Translations under genes and position numbers: made by a program
Assembly: GCF_009914755.1 (NCBI RefSeq)
Contig: NC_060939.1
Reading direction: 5' to 3' (one strand)
Origin: the human T2T-CHM13v2.0 reference genome, Homo sapiens
DNA: 64,000 bases
Notes under the pieces: generated by a model
Database searches by the model: none
What the model was told of the DNA's origin: nothing
What the model saw: the letters and a program-made list of their open reading frames with translations, nothing else
Part shown: positions 42,336-59,047 of the stretch, one piece after another
How the letters are laid out: each line of letters starts with the position of its first letter
Position numbering within the stretch: the stretch's first letter is position 1

Positions 42336-44120
42336 TAGAGAAACTTTGAAAGTTAATGGCCAAGCTGTCCCTTAGGAGTATAAAAGTCTCCCCCCAAGAT
42401 AACCCCATTGGCCACCTAAGAAAATAAATGCAAAATAACGACTTCATGTATTATAAGGAAATTATTACCTGGTTTGGTGAAAACATTGGAGGTCATCTCT
42501 TCATTCTATATCTCCAGCCTACCACTACCTGTATACTCACTGTATGCTTCCAGGTTTCTCTGAAATAGCCCTAAGAGGTCATGCAACCTTGGCTTGAACA
42601 TTTCTAGTGATGGAGAATAAGATTTCCATTACCAGAAAGCTCTAATTACTAAAATCAAAACAAAGCAAGCAAACAAAAATCACTGTTCTTCATACCAAGC
42701 TAAAACTGAATCTCCCTAAAGCTCCATCTCCTTGGCCCTAGTTACTTTATATACCTCTCAATTCATACTTCCCTGTTATTTGCAATTATTTTCCCTGGTC
42801 TCTCAAAAGACTGTAAGAAAGAAATCAGGCTGAACTTTGAGGGAAACAGCAATGCTTACTGGTCATTAGGTAAATAAAGGTATAGGCTGCACATTCACTG
42901 TTTAAAAATATAATCTGTTGAATTAAATAAGCTTACATTTAATAAAAATTCAAGTAATTTTAAAATAATACTTTATTAGATAGTTAAAGCGAAGTACATG
43001 ACAATTTTTTTACCTTATGTGTCTGAAAAAGATCATCTGACATATCAGAAAAACAACAAAAATTATTAAATAATAAGTATACTGATACTATTCAATGGAA
43101 AAATTGTTAGTTTGTGAATAAGAACTTCAACATCCTACACATCACTTTAAATCTTGAAGAAATAAAACAACCCAACATCAATATTTAAAGTCATAATTTT
43201 ACCAAATATTCCGGTTAAACCAATAACCAGATTTTTTAAACTCAATAATATATTTGTGGTGTGGTGAAAGATGTACCAGTCTTATATTTACATGAATTTA
43301 GGAAGGGTATTTTCTCATTGTCTTTAGTTTGACTTATGTTGTCTTTTAGTGACTTATTTTAAAAATCTCCTTTCTATAACAAGAACCTTTACAAAAAATT
43401 ACTAAATATTCACCAAGTTTACTACAAACACGTATCAGATATAAATATTGTATGACTATGCTGACTTTTTCAATTCTCACAAAAACCCGAAAATGGAGAC
43501 ATTATTATTATTCTAAATTCCAGTTTGGGACACAATAAAACTGAAACTCAGAAAGATAAGATTCCTTGCCTCAATGCTAACAGAGCAAGAGGTGGGATTC
43601 CAACTCAGTTCATTTGATTTCAAGTTCAGTGGCTGCAGTTGTTCTTTCAAAGTTATTCAAGTATAACTTTGTTTTCATTTGATATAACTTATTATCAAGT
43701 TCATGGAACAAAATTTATTTACAGTCAGTCAAGAAAAAAACCTGTGAAGCAACTATGGTTTTGTTACACCTACAAACTGGTTTACGCTTACAAATTACTT
43801 TGGGAGAGGGGAAAAAATGATGAATCCTATGAACAGCTAGTCTAAATTCACTTACTTGCCTTGAAATAAGCAATTATCTACTGCTTTTAAAAAATAACCC
43901 ATTTGACAAACATCAACCTCCTTTAAGAGGACCCCTAGCCCAATTAGGCATTTGAGTTTCAGTTTTGAACAACAAAAAAAAAATTTTAGCCAATATATAC
44001 TGGTATTTTCCTTTAGTGACGTGTAAGAATGGTGTGTGTAAGTTTAAAACATAAAGGATGAAGTGGAAGAACCAAAGACATTCCAGTGTTATCAAGATGA
44101 CAGACTGTTATAAACAAATT

Positions 44121-44185
44121 CTTCACTCACTCATTCATTCATTCAATATTTATTTATTGAGGGCTTGCTATATGTATAAGGCAAA
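44121..44185 (-). mobile_element. L2 3'-terminal fragment
   Basis: cattcattcattcaatatttatttattgagggcttgctatatg matches the reverse complement of the L2 tail. Confidence 0.65.
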
Positions 44186-44273
44186 AATAAACAAAATGAA
44201 AATACTACGCACTTTCATTCTGTATCAAAACAATACTGTCAGTAATAAATATAAAAGACAAAAAAAATTGAAT

Positions 44274-44321
44274 TTATTTTGGATGACTGCGGCAAAGCAC
44301 ACCGGGTAAAAGACTCCTTAC
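44274..44321 (-). CDS. GABPB1: GABPB1 short isoform (beta1S) C-terminus [15 protein letters not shown], by read-through of the exon 8 donor
   Basis: In-frame continuation into intron 8 to TAA. Matches the known short-isoform tail lacking the leucine zipper. Confidence 0.9.
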   Translation of the reverse strand, partial: VRSLLPGVLCRSHPK

Positions 44322-44437
44322 TTCTATTTCTGCAGATTCCACCCGGTTTTCAATTATTTCGATACATTGTCTCTTAGCTGGTGGTTCTTCACTTATAACA
44401 GTTTCTTCAGCAATGTCTGTTGCTGGTACTGTTAATA
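44322..44437 (-). CDS. GABPB1: GABPB1 exon 8, spliced form ([12 protein letters not shown]...PPAKRQC...SAEIE)
   Basis: ttag| acceptor, GAA|gtaagg donor, 116 nt. Confidence 0.95.
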
Positions 44438-45077
44438 CTAAAATGAAAAAAAAATTATGTATTACTTCATTTTCAGAGAGATTTATTAGAAATAAAACTA
44501 GTCTTGACATTGTTGATGCTACTCATCTAAAATAACTACATTCCAAAACAATAATTCCAAATCATTGATTTGCTTTTTATGAGACTATCCATATTTGTCT
44601 TTTTTATTACCTTCTTGCTTTTTTACTGAAATCTACTTATTAAAGTACCTACAAATATTTTTTTAATTATATAGATAATATATTCATTCATGACTCAAAA
44701 CATCAAAATATTTAACGAGCATATTTTGAGAGGCCTCATGCCCACCCCTGCTAACAGATGATCATTTTATTAATTTATTATGTATTATCCTTATATTAAT
44801 TTGTTTAAAAATTAGTATACATTCTCATTTTCCTTTCTTACATAAAAGGTAGCATCTATACAATAGATATATTGTTCTGCATCTGCTTTTTTCACTCCAA
44901 ATACTTATAATATCTTACATCACTACATAGAGAGCTTCTGTTTATTTAGCTGCATAATATCCACTAAGTGCATATTCCATTATGAGCACTGATAGTTCAT
45001 AAACATTGCTTGTTTTTGTATTGTACTGTTGGGCTTTTTCTCAATTTTTAGTAGCTCTTTATATAAATGCAATTATA

Positions 45078-45340
45078 TAGAGAGGCTGTCCTTGCTTTGC
45101 ACAGCACTACAGGAACATAAAAATGACTGTGCAAGCTGAAACCATGCGAAGCCATTTTAATAATCACAATGGGGAAAATTATAATTGTTCCACGGCCTTT
45201 AAAATTTTTTGCCAAAACATGAAAAACTCTCTTAGTGACAGTTATAAATGTAAGTAAAAATTTAAAAATAGTAAAACTAATATTTATTTAGTACAATGTA
45301 ATTTAAAACATTAGAAATATTGAGAATTTGGGTTTTACTT
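45078..45340. mobile_element. MER82-like Tigger fragment
   Basis: gtccttgctttgcacag...cataaaaatgactgtgcaagctgaaacc. Confidence 0.6.
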
Positions 45341-45600
45341 CTTTTTTATTCATGACATAAATTACCTCAGGAAAAAATGAGAATTTAAATCTGTTTATTA
45401 GACTGTCTGTAAAGTCTATATAATTCACATGTAAACTATATATTTTTAATTCAGGAAGGCTTTAGAAGTTTTTTTTAAATATTCAGTAGAACTTTCTCAT
45501 TGTTATTCTTTTCCAGAGTTTTCCTTATTCTTCTTCCCTCTGCCCCATCAACATAAACTTTAGAAGCCATTTGGCTAATTACAGAAAAAAACTTGGTATT

Positions 45601-45925
45601 TGTTATGGGCTGAATGGCACTCCCACTCCCCAAATTCACATGTTGAAGTCCTAACCCCCAGTACCTCAAAGTGTGACTCTATTTGGAGATAGGGTCCTTA
45701 AACAGATAATTAAGGTAAAATGAGATAGGCCCTAATCCAGTACTACTGGTGTCCTTACAGGAAGAGGAGATTAGGACACAGATAACACAAATACTGAGGT
45801 AGACCATGTGAGGACAGGCCACAAGACGGCCATCTGCAAACCAAGGAGAGCAGCCTCAGAAGAAACCAAACCTGCCCAACACCTTGATCTCGCACTTTTA
45901 GCCTTCAGAGCTGTGAGAAATCATT
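45601..45925 (+). mobile_element. MLT1-type (ERVL-MaLR) solo LTR
   Basis: tgttatgggctgaat...catgttgaagtcctaacccccagtacctca...ccttgatctcgcacttttagcc. Confidence 0.85.
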
Positions 45926-46053
45926 AGTCTGTATAATGATACGGGTTTTGGAAACAATGTTATGTCTGCTTGATACAAATATTTTTAAAGTTTTCTTCTT
46001 TTCTGAAAATTAGAATTAGTTCTTTAATGCTTTGTGAAAGCATCTGACCCTAA

Positions 46054-46612
<559 letters not shown>

Positions 46613-47078
46613 TAGTCATTTTCTCAAAGATTATGTGTGGACACTTCTTTTAGGGGGAGACAAGGTACAGGGCAATGCTTACTTAGGCACTTTCTACAGC
46701 TTCTCTCTGCCTCAGTATTCATGCCCTATTCTATCTCAGTCCTGCATGCAGCACTTCCTACTGAGTCTGGGGCCCTATCCTTCTGAGAGAGCATGTTTAT
46801 TGCTGAGCTTAACCCCTTTTCTTTCCTTGATGCACCAGTGTGGATTTCTATGAGAGTCCTCTTGCCCTGGCTGTAATGGCTTCAGATGCTTTTGGCGGCA
46901 CTTAAAAATGTGGAATTCTGAGGTTTTTCTCAGCCTTTTAGTTTCACTGAAAATGTAGCTGAGACTTTTGTTTCATCTTGTTAGCCTTTGTGGTTTCCAA
47001 AAGGAGAAAAATGTTAGAATTCACAATAAAGCTGCTAAAATGTGCTACCATATTCCTACTACAAGTCCTAAGTCCACC

Positions 47079-47294
47079 TTTTTTTTTTTCTTATTCTGAG
47101 AAAGAGTTTCTCTCTGTTGCCCAGGCTGGAATGCAGTGGCATGATAATGGCTCACTGCAGCTTCAACCTCCTGGGCTCTAGCAATTCTCCCACTCCAGGC
47201 TCCCAAGTAGCTGCGACTATCAGCAAATGTCACCATGCCTAGCTAATTTTGAATATTTTTTTTAGACATGGGGTCTCACTATGTTGCCCAGGCT
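47079..47294 (-). mobile_element. Partial AluJ-like element (5'-truncated)
   Basis: Right arm plus part of the left arm. Confidence 0.82.
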
Positions 47295-47737
47295 CCAACT
47301 TCTTTTTAAGTAGCTTTTTCTTATATGGTATTTTTAAAAGCTCACATGGTAATTGAATTGCATTAAATGATCTAGGAAACTACTGTCCAATGCTGATTTG
47401 AATTATTTATTTTGGATATTATTTGTGTTGACATTTAAGCTCATTTTTCAACCAGAATACTTTGGGGCCAATTTCTCTTTCCACCAGTATATACTCAGAG
47501 AAAGCAAGCTAATTTGAATTTTAATTAGCCTAAGCAAATAAAATTAGGTAATTAAGTCTATTGCAAAGGGTTATACAAATATAACTCAAGGCAAAAATAC
47601 ATTCTTTGGAACACATACCACAATTTCCTGAGAATTAAAAATAAACACAATCTTTTTGGACTGCAGGGAAGACTTAAAGAAAATAAAAATTAAAAAAAAA
47701 AAAACATACAAACTTTATATAAATGTCTACTACTAAC

Positions 47738-47923
47738 CTTGTTGTCCATCTGGCATGGTCACAATGATGGGCTGACCAATTCCACTGGTTGGAATAGAGT
47801 GCAAATTTCCAAGCTGAATTCCATCTGTAACTATTGTGATGACTTGCTGACCCCCTGAACTAACTACTTGCTGAATGGCACCATCCACAGATTCTGCAGT
47901 AACTACTTCTTCTGTGGCCACTA
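47738..47923 (-). CDS. GABPB1: GABPB1 exon 7 ([12 protein letters not shown]...TMPDGQQ), Gln/hydrophobic transactivation region
   Basis: tccag| acceptor, |gttag donor, 186 nt. Seen in ORF 47733..47921. Confidence 0.95.
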
Positions 47924-48016
47924 CTGGAAAAAAAAAAAAGAAAACTCAGCAAACATATGTAACGGTATGAATAGAAACCTATTTTTGCTTTGTCTGCTAC
48001 TTTTGCTTTCTATGCT

Positions 48017-48331
48017 TCTTTCTTTTCTTTTTTCTTTTTTTTTTTTTAAATAGAGATAGGGTCTCACTCTGATGCCCAGGCTGGAGGGTAGTGGCACAAT
48101 CATGGCTCACTGCATCCTTAACTCCTGCACTCACGTAATCCTCTTGAATCAGCCTCCCAAGTAGCTGAGACTGCAGGTATGTACCACCATACCTGACTAG
48201 TTTTATTTTTTTTAGGGATGGGGTCTTGCTATGTTGGCCAGGCTGGTCTCAAACTCCTGGCCTCAAGCAAGCCTCCTGCCTTGACCTCCCAAAGTGCTGA
48301 GAATTACAAACATGAGCCACCACACCTGGTC
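48017..48331 (-). mobile_element. Alu (AluJ-like), ~90 nt upstream of the GABPB1 exon 7 acceptor
   Basis: Antisense dimer on plus. Confidence 0.88.
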
Positions 48332-48569
48332 CCCTGCTTCTTTCTTACCCAGGAAAACTTGTACATGGTTTTAAAACTCAGTCGCCAGAGGTGTTGGAGA
48401 TATCTATGTAACCAGTTGATTACAAGTCTCTCATAATTTACAATACATCAGTTCCAACTATCTTTACATGTGAGTGGTTAAACAATTTCTCATTTGGTTG
48501 TATGAGGTACAAAATTTAGATCTAATATCATGACAAAGGTTATATCTGTTTCGTAAAACCTCACAATTC

Positions 48570-48867
48570 AGTCGGGTGCTGGTGGCTCAGGTCTGTAATC
48601 CCAGCACTTTGAGAGGCTGAGGCGGGAGGATCACTTGAGGTCAGGAGTTCGGGACTAGCCTGGCCAACATGGCAAAACCCTGTCTCTACTAAAAATACAA
48701 AAATTAGCTGGGACTGGTGGTGCATGCCTATAACCCCAGCTACTCAGGAGGCTGAGGCAGGAGAATTATTTGAACCCAGGAGGCAGAGGTTGCAATGAGA
48801 AGAGATCATGCCACTGCCCTCTACACTGGGCAACAAAACAAGACCCTGTCTCAAAAAAAAAAAAAAA
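48570..48867 (+). mobile_element. AluS
   Basis: Dimer, cacaattca flanks. Confidence 0.9.
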
Positions 48868-49507
48868 TCCACAATTCATAAGATGAATTTGAATATGATT
48901 ATACTCCATTTACATTTATGTGTGAGTTGACATACAGAATAAAGAGTATTCTCTTTTTGGATTAAGTGAGCAAGGATTTGCCTTGATAATAAGTGGCATA
49001 CAGATGTGGTACTATGTGATAGTAAATAGTGTATGTTAACATTTCCACAAATAAAATCCCCAAATATGCTCTTAATAATTTATGAAAGCCTTAGAGAGGA
49101 TTCTGGCAGCTCAAGCAGCACCTGTGGCCTTGTCTGGGTAGAGAAATCACAAGTTAATACTGCCAAAATCCTTTCTCACAGGCAATCCTACACCCAACTA
49201 CTGATCCCAAAAGACATGTAGAAGAATATACATGGTAGCTTTATTCATACTAGTAAAAAACTACAAACAACGCAGATATTCTTTGATAATAAATTAACAA
49301 TGGTAGAGTCAAACACAGCAATTTGACTATATGCAAAACATGGATGAACCTGACAAAAAACAAAACTGAGTGATGTAAACCAGACACAAAAGAATATGTA
49401 CTGTCTACCTTCCATTTATGAACTGAGCAATGTTTACACAATGTTTACAATTATCCTATGTAAACCCTTTGTGATAATTCCTCAAACTGTACACTTATAA
49501 TCTATAA

Positions 49508-49885
<378 letters not shown>

Positions 49886-49909
49886 TGAATTTTAAAAAAT
49901 CTTTCTATC

Positions 49910-50197
49910 TGGCTCATGCCTATAATACCAGCACTCCAGGAGGCCGAGGCAGGATGATCACTTGAGCCCAGGAGTTCAAGACCAGCCTGGGTAACACAGT
50001 GAAAAACTGTCTACAAAAAATTTAAAAATTAGCCAGGTTTGGTGTTTTACACCTGTAGTCTCAGCTACTTGGGAGGCTAGGGTGGGAAGATCCCTTGAGC
50101 CTGGGAGGTTGAGGCTGCAGTGAGCAGTGATCACATCACTGCACTCCAGCCTGGGTGACAGAGTGAGACTCTGTCTCAAAAAAAAAAAAAAAAAAAA
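49910..50197 (+). mobile_element. Alu (AluJ-like), slightly 5'-truncated
   Basis: Dimer, ttctatct flanks. Confidence 0.9.
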
Positions 50198-50301
50198 TTC
50201 TATCTATAATAATACCTCATAAAAAGGAGAGAAAGGAGGAAATGGGAAAGATATTCCTGATAGAAAGACATCTAGTTAACATTTAAAAAATGACAAGTTA
50301 A

Positions 50302-50599
<298 letters not shown>

Positions 50600-50619
50600 G
50601 ATAAATCATTGTAACTTCT

Positions 50620-51099
50620 AATGTAATAATTCATTCAAGCAAGGATCGGTAGTGGGTGCTAAAAGCATTGATAAAATCTTTTGGGGAAACAGGATATTCA
50701 AATGTTCTCAAAGTATCCCACCAAAGATTACTATTAGTTGCAAAGGGGAAAATCTACCTGAAAAGACTCGGCAGTCATCATTCTACCAAGTGGTCATTAT
50801 CAGGATGGGCTGATATTATGAGCCTCCTTACGTGATACACTGGGAGGTTACAAAAATTCACTGGTGTTCTTCCTGGAAATGTCTGAACTAAATCTGACTA
50901 TACACGACATTTGGAGGACAACTTGAAAATGGACCATATGTCAGATAATTTTTTTTAATTAATGTTGATGTTTTTAGAAAATAAAATGGAGCTGTGGATA
51001 TGTAGAAGGCCATCCTTATTCTTGAGAGATACATGCCAAAGTAAAGGTGAAGTATCATGATGTCTCCAGCCTACTTTCATATAACTTAGCAAAATAAAA

Positions 51100-51135
<36 letters not shown>

Positions 51136-51270
51136 ACATGCACACATGTGTCAGAGAACATATGGGCATGCCAAGATGTTAACAGCTGGTGAATACAGGT
51201 GAAAGTTATACAGGTTCATCCTCCAATTTTTCTGTGGGTTTGAAAACTGTCTACATATAAAAAAAAAAAT
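50620..51270 (+). mobile_element. Old L1 (L1MC/ME) 3' fragment containing (TG)n at ~51100-51135
   Basis: tccttattcttgagagatacatg...gaagtatcatgatgtct signature. Confidence 0.55.
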
Positions 51271-52498
51271 TATAACTAGTTCAAAAAGAGGAATGACATT
51301 AAAAATTATTTCTAAATGGCATGGTTTTTAATGTATTTACACATTACAAAAGTGCAATTACAAAAAGTGTAATTTTACAAAAAGTGTAATTAAATAAAAC
51401 CACTCTACTAAAATCAAGCTACCATCCATATACACAGTTGCTCTGAAATATGCTTAGTTTCTATCAACTCACAGTATGGCATCATGGATATCAGTGATCA
51501 CAGGATTTACTAAGACAGAAAGGCCATAAATATAGGAACTGCTTTTTTTTTAAGGCAGGAAAAATACTAGGAAACTAGTTTTCAAGATGTACTCAACAGG
51601 CCTGGCTTCAACTCTGTTACTGTGTTACTTAGTAATCAAGGATCACAATACAAACCACAGAACACTCAAAATGCAAACAACCTTTGTTTTGAGCTCTCTT
51701 GTAATTTTTGTTTACCTTAAACTATAATTAGGTTTTATCACCAAGCACTTAAGAAAATTTCAGGAAGATAATTACAAAATGAAATGTAGGACATAAAATA
51801 GTAATATATTCAACAGAGCTACTACTAGGATTTTCAAACGCATTAAGTATTGCTTTGATTTTTTCAAAAACTATCCATATGAAAAAGAAATATTCACTTG
51901 AATTGAATGCTAACTACAGATAGTAAATATTTTAAAGCATAATCATATGTAAGAAATTTCTAAGATCACACACAAGGCACAATTCAAGAACTTTCATCTT
52001 TGCACTATTTGCAATGACTGTTATTAAAATAATAGAGTTCTTGCCTTTCATCTAAAAAGCTTTCTTTTTAAGTTGTGCTATGGTAAGATATTTAAGAAAA
52101 ATTAAAAGGAAACAAATTACGTAAGACAAAGTGCCCCCCAGAAGCCTTAAGAACAATCTAACAGTAAAATGTTGAAACACTAAAAGAGAAAGCCTAAAAA
52201 CTCTTAAAAGATTATTGATTTTAAAAAATAGATTTATATTCCAAAACATAAAGCTCCCTGGATAAAAAATAACTATAACATAAATATTCATTGATCTGAT
52301 TCAAAAGTCAAGTTGTAATATTTAAAGAAAACCTAGATAATCTGCAGCACCTTTGACGACATCTGAGATCTCTTGTTCAATAAGAATTCTGAATTCAGAT
52401 GCCATACAAATGAAATAAGGGAAGAAAACTGTCTTTGAAATGTCCTAAAAGATTGAAAATTCTACATAGAAACATTTAAATAATAAAATAGAAACTAT

Positions 52499-52805
52499 GG
52501 GCCGGGAGCAGTGCTCATGCCTGTAATCTCAGCACTTCAGGAGGCCAAGGCAGGTGGATCACAAGGTCAAGAGATCGAGACCATCCTGGCCAAGATGGTG
52601 AAACCCCGTCTCTACTAAAAATACAAAAATTAGCTGGGCGTGGTGGCACATGCCTGTAGTCCCAGCTACTCAGGAGGCTGAGGCAGGAGAATGGTGTGAA
52701 CCTGGGAGGAGGCAGAGCTTGCAGTGAGCCGAGATCATGCCACTGCACTCCAGCCTGGGCAACAGAGCAAGACTCCGCCTCAAAAATAAATAAAAAAATA
52801 AAATA
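52499..52805 (+). mobile_element. AluSc/Y-like element, TSD aaaatagaaactat
   Basis: Dimer with flanking direct repeats. Confidence 0.9.
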
Positions 52806-55162
52806 GAAACTATATTCATTGAAGAAAAAATAAACTTTTCGAAGGTATTATGGTGGCAGTTTAACCTGAAATTAAAAACAAAAAAGCAAAAACAAAACAA
52901 AACAACCTCATGAGGCCCCATACATACCCCTTAAAGCCAATTGAGTTGTATCACCCTATTTTTGATATAGACCAAAAAACAATGTGCAAAACAGACCTGG
53001 TTCAAATTTCACTTTTAGGGAGAAAAAGAAGGAACTTTTTTATTTTTATTGTTTTTCTTTTTTTAACCCCTGTTTTGACACATAAGAAAAGAGGGAACTT
53101 TTAAAGCCACCAGATGCATTACACCTTTGGAAAAACCACTTTATTAGTAATTACCAGAAGTTGCTCTAAAGACAAAAAAGAAGGGTGGTCACTGATGTGT
53201 ATTTAATCAAGGTATTATACAGTTGTACCACAAGGAAGAATAAAGCTAAGCAAAGGAAAGTTGCTATAGGACTACAGGCTAGAGCTACAAAATAAGAGAC
53301 GTATGAAAAAATATTTTTAAAGGGCCAGATAACTACACTACAGATGTAAGGCCTACATCTTAACCAATCACAGCTTCTAATTCTATATCCCAAATAACCC
53401 TCAAATCTATTCAATTATTGTCTCTGTCAAATCTTCATTCATGCTATCATTATGATAACTCTTCCCTGGTTGACTGCATTAGATTCCAAACAAAACTCCC
53501 TTCCAAAGCATTCTTCTAAACCTGCCAAAGTGATCATTTTTAAAGTCCTATATAATCTCACCTTCAACCACCTTGAGTGACTCTTCCACTTACTGGGTTT
53601 AGATGCACTGGCCTCTGGGTCCCCTAAAAAGTCAAGCTCTTTCCTGCCTCAAAAGCTTCACATGTCCCTCTTGCTAAAATGTTCTTCCCCAAACTTTTCC
53701 CTACTAACGCCTACTTTAATTTTCAGTTTAAATGTTTCTTCCTCTAGGAAGATTCCATGACACTAGAGTGGCCTGTAAACCTTAGAAGAAAGACAGGAAA
53801 ATGTGATTGCTTCTGTATACTAATAAATAATGTACTACATGGTGGTAGTTTTCCTCATAAGAAAATACATATCTGTAATTCCCAAAAAAAAAAAAAAGCT
53901 TTCACTTTTTTGTCTATTCATTTTGGAATGACTTTCAAAATGAAAATCACACAAAATGGTATGAGTTGGAATGAGTTCCAAAAAATCTAAATCTTACCCA
54001 TTCTTTAGGGCACAACTCAACACATTCCCCTCCACCACACCCACCCCCAACTCCAGCTAAAAGTAATCTCTTTCCAGTGAACAATAACAGTAATTCAATG
54101 AGCTATTTTAATCATCAAGCACTGACAACCTGCTGTTATATTTGCTTATAACATCAAGAAAAGACAGAGGTATCATTTGATTTCTCAATGAAAATATTAT
54201 AATAGACATTGTAAGGTTCTCATAGGACTACCATTAAAATGTGTGGTACATGTCAAAAATGGTACTAACGTCATTTCCATTTTCTAATGGAAAGTCAATT
54301 CCATTAGACATGAAGGTGCTATTTAAAGCCATAATTCCTGAGTGAAATGGCATGGTACCCTGGACTATCACAATTGCCTTCTCTTTATATATAGGACCAT
54401 GCCAACCAGCTAGTTTCCATTTAAAATATAGTCCATCTGCTGCTACATTCTGGCTGTTTTGTAACCAGGAAAAATGTGTATTGTACCACTTAGCTAGTAA
54501 AAGAAAAGAATATGAGCAGGAACAATGAGTGTACTGATGGAGCTTACACTATATTTTGGTCAACATCATTTAAAAAGGTCAAGAAAGTAGCAGAACACTT
54601 ATTTCAACAGACTACCTATTACTAGAAAAAGCTATAGAAACAGATACATCCCAAAAGTAATAGCGACGCTCTTGCTTAAAATAAGATAAAATGAAAATTA
54701 CACAAATAATTCAATATTGTGTAATTCAAATATCTCAAACCAAATTATAAACGTTCTAAAAGAGCCCAGAGATCATGTGAATAAACTGCATAGGAGAGAT
54801 GGTACATTATAGAGGTCACAGACACATACCTTGGGAATCAGTCAGACTGACCAAATCCTCCTTTCTCTACTTAATAGCCATATGCCCTTTGATAAAATTA
54901 TTCAACCTCCACAACCTCCAATTCAACCTGTTTCATTATATATAAAATGGAGGTCCCACTAATGTATTTTCCAGATTCTAACAAGCCCTTGAAAAGATAT
55001 ATATAAACATTTCGAGAATCAGGATGAGTCTGACGATAGATTTTAAAGAAACTGGACAGCCAGAAATCAGAGAAATAATCTGTGGTAGATTTAGCTTTGC
55101 CTGAGTATGTGCAAATTGAGCTTTAAGTTGTTTACTCTGGTGGTAACATACTTAAACTTTAA

Positions 55163-55774
<612 letters not shown>

Positions 55775-55822
55775 CTTCTTTTTAAGTAAGCTTTTAAAAT
55801 ATCTTCAAAAAGATTCCACTAT

Positions 55823-56104
55823 GGGCCGGGTGCAGTGGCTCACACCTGTAACCTCAGCACTCTGAGAGGCCGAGATGGACAGATCAGAAGTTCGAGGCCA
55901 GCCTGGCCAACATGGCGAAACCCCATCTCTACTAAAAATACAAAAATTGGCTGAGAGTGGTGGCGTGTGCCTGTAATCCCAGCTACTCAGGAGGCTGAGG
56001 CAGGAGAATCGCTTGAACCCAGGAGGCGGAGGCTTCAGTGAGCCAAGATCACGTCACTGCACTCCAGCCTGGGGTGACAGAGTGAGACCCTGTCTCCAAA
56101 AAAA
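55823..56104 (+). mobile_element. AluS, TSD aaaagattccact
   Basis: Dimer with a small left-arm deletion. Confidence 0.9.
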
Positions 56105-56340
56105 GATTCCACTGTGATGTCATATTGAAATGAAAAATTATTGTGCTCATAGAAGATTTTAAGTCACATGCAATAAAAACTAACTGAAATTACTAATTCT
56201 CTCAGACTAGACCAAAACATTTTCAAAGGTTAAGAGAAGTTAGAGAAATTGGTGTGGCCATTTCATGGAGTCACACATTTAAATGTCAAAATTTCCAGCT
56301 GACTTAGAAGAAAAGCCGTTTTACTTTCAGATATATGTGT

Positions 56341-56646
56341 TTTTGTTTTCGTTTTTGTTTTTTTGTTTTTGAGACAAGGTCTTGGTCTGTCACCCACGCT
56401 GGAGTATAGTGGCGCGATCACAGCTCACTGCTACCTCTGCTTCCAAGGCTCAAGTGATCCTCCCACCTCAGCCTCCCAAGTAGCTGTGAACACAGGCACC
56501 TGCCACCATGCCCAGCTAATTTTTTTTGTAGAGACAGGATTTTGCCACGTTGTCCAGGCTGGTTTTGAACTTCTGAACTCAAGTGATCTGCCACCCTTAG
56601 CCTCCCAAAGTACTAGAATTATAGGCATGAGCCACCACACCCGGCC
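56341..56646 (-). mobile_element. Alu (AluJ-like)
   Basis: Antisense dimer. Confidence 0.9.
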
Positions 56647-56879
56647 AGAGGTAAGTTATTTAATTAAAGAAAAGAAATTTACAAGTTTAACCAAATAGAA
56701 ACCACCAATGAAATCAGTTTTCTTTGCTATGCTTCTGCAATTACATAAGTATTAAATAGATCCAGGCATAGGTTATAAAAGCAGCATGTTAGTATGATGA
56801 TGCATATAACTGCTAATGGCCAAAAGTGATTCATACAAATCTTAAGACTCCCAAATACAAAGGCTTGGATTCAAACTTA

Positions 56880-57415
<536 letters not shown>

Positions 57416-57660
57416 TCAAATTTTGAAAAAACACTAATTTAAAAAATGAATGACAAATTATTCTTTGCTTTTATAAGCACTGAACCAAATATAATGGCTT
57501 AAGCTACAGAAAAATATTTTCTTGGAATTTAAAAAATTTCCTAATTAAATTTTACCGACATAATAATTACATCAAGAAGTATTTTGGTTAAGTATAAAGG
57601 TAAATCTTGTATAAACCAAATGTTCATGAATACTGTTTGTCATCATTTAACAACAGGTAA

Positions 57661-58023
<363 letters not shown>

Positions 58024-58070
58024 TAACACTCTAGTAGAGCTGCTAAAAATTAAAATTTATGAAAAAAGTG

Positions 58071-58366
58071 TTTTTTGGTTTTGGGTTTTTTTTTTGAGGC
58101 AGGGTCTCATTCAGTCGCCTAGGCTGGAATGCAGTGGCATGATCTTGGCTCATGGCAACCTCTGCCTCCCAGGTTCAAGCGATCCTCTGACCTCAGCCTC
58201 CTGAGCAGCTGGGACCACAGGAGTGGACCACCACACCTGACTAATTTTTATATTTTTTGGTAGAGATAGGGTTTCACCATGTTGCCCAGGGTTCTGGGCT
58301 CAAGCAATCCACCTATCTTGGCCTCTCAAAGTGTTAGGATTACAGGTGTGAGCTACCATGCCCAGC
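58071..58366 (-). mobile_element. Alu (AluJ-like)
   Basis: Antisense dimer. Confidence 0.88.
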
Positions 58367-58561
58367 CAAAGTGAGTTGTTTAAACAAAAAGTCACAAACT
58401 AGTAAATCAAGAGCCAAATTAGAGACAGGGACATTTTTTTCTGTGAGCCACACAAGTTTTGTTTTTCAATTAGTTACCAAGATTTAATGTTCTTTTAAAA
58501 TCCAGATTCACAGCTTCCTATTAAAAAACAGAATTTGGGAATACTGGACTGATGACTATAA

Positions 58562-59004
<443 letters not shown>

Positions 59005-59047
59005 GAATCTGCAATTTTAATGTACACATTAGACTCGTTTTTCTAAC

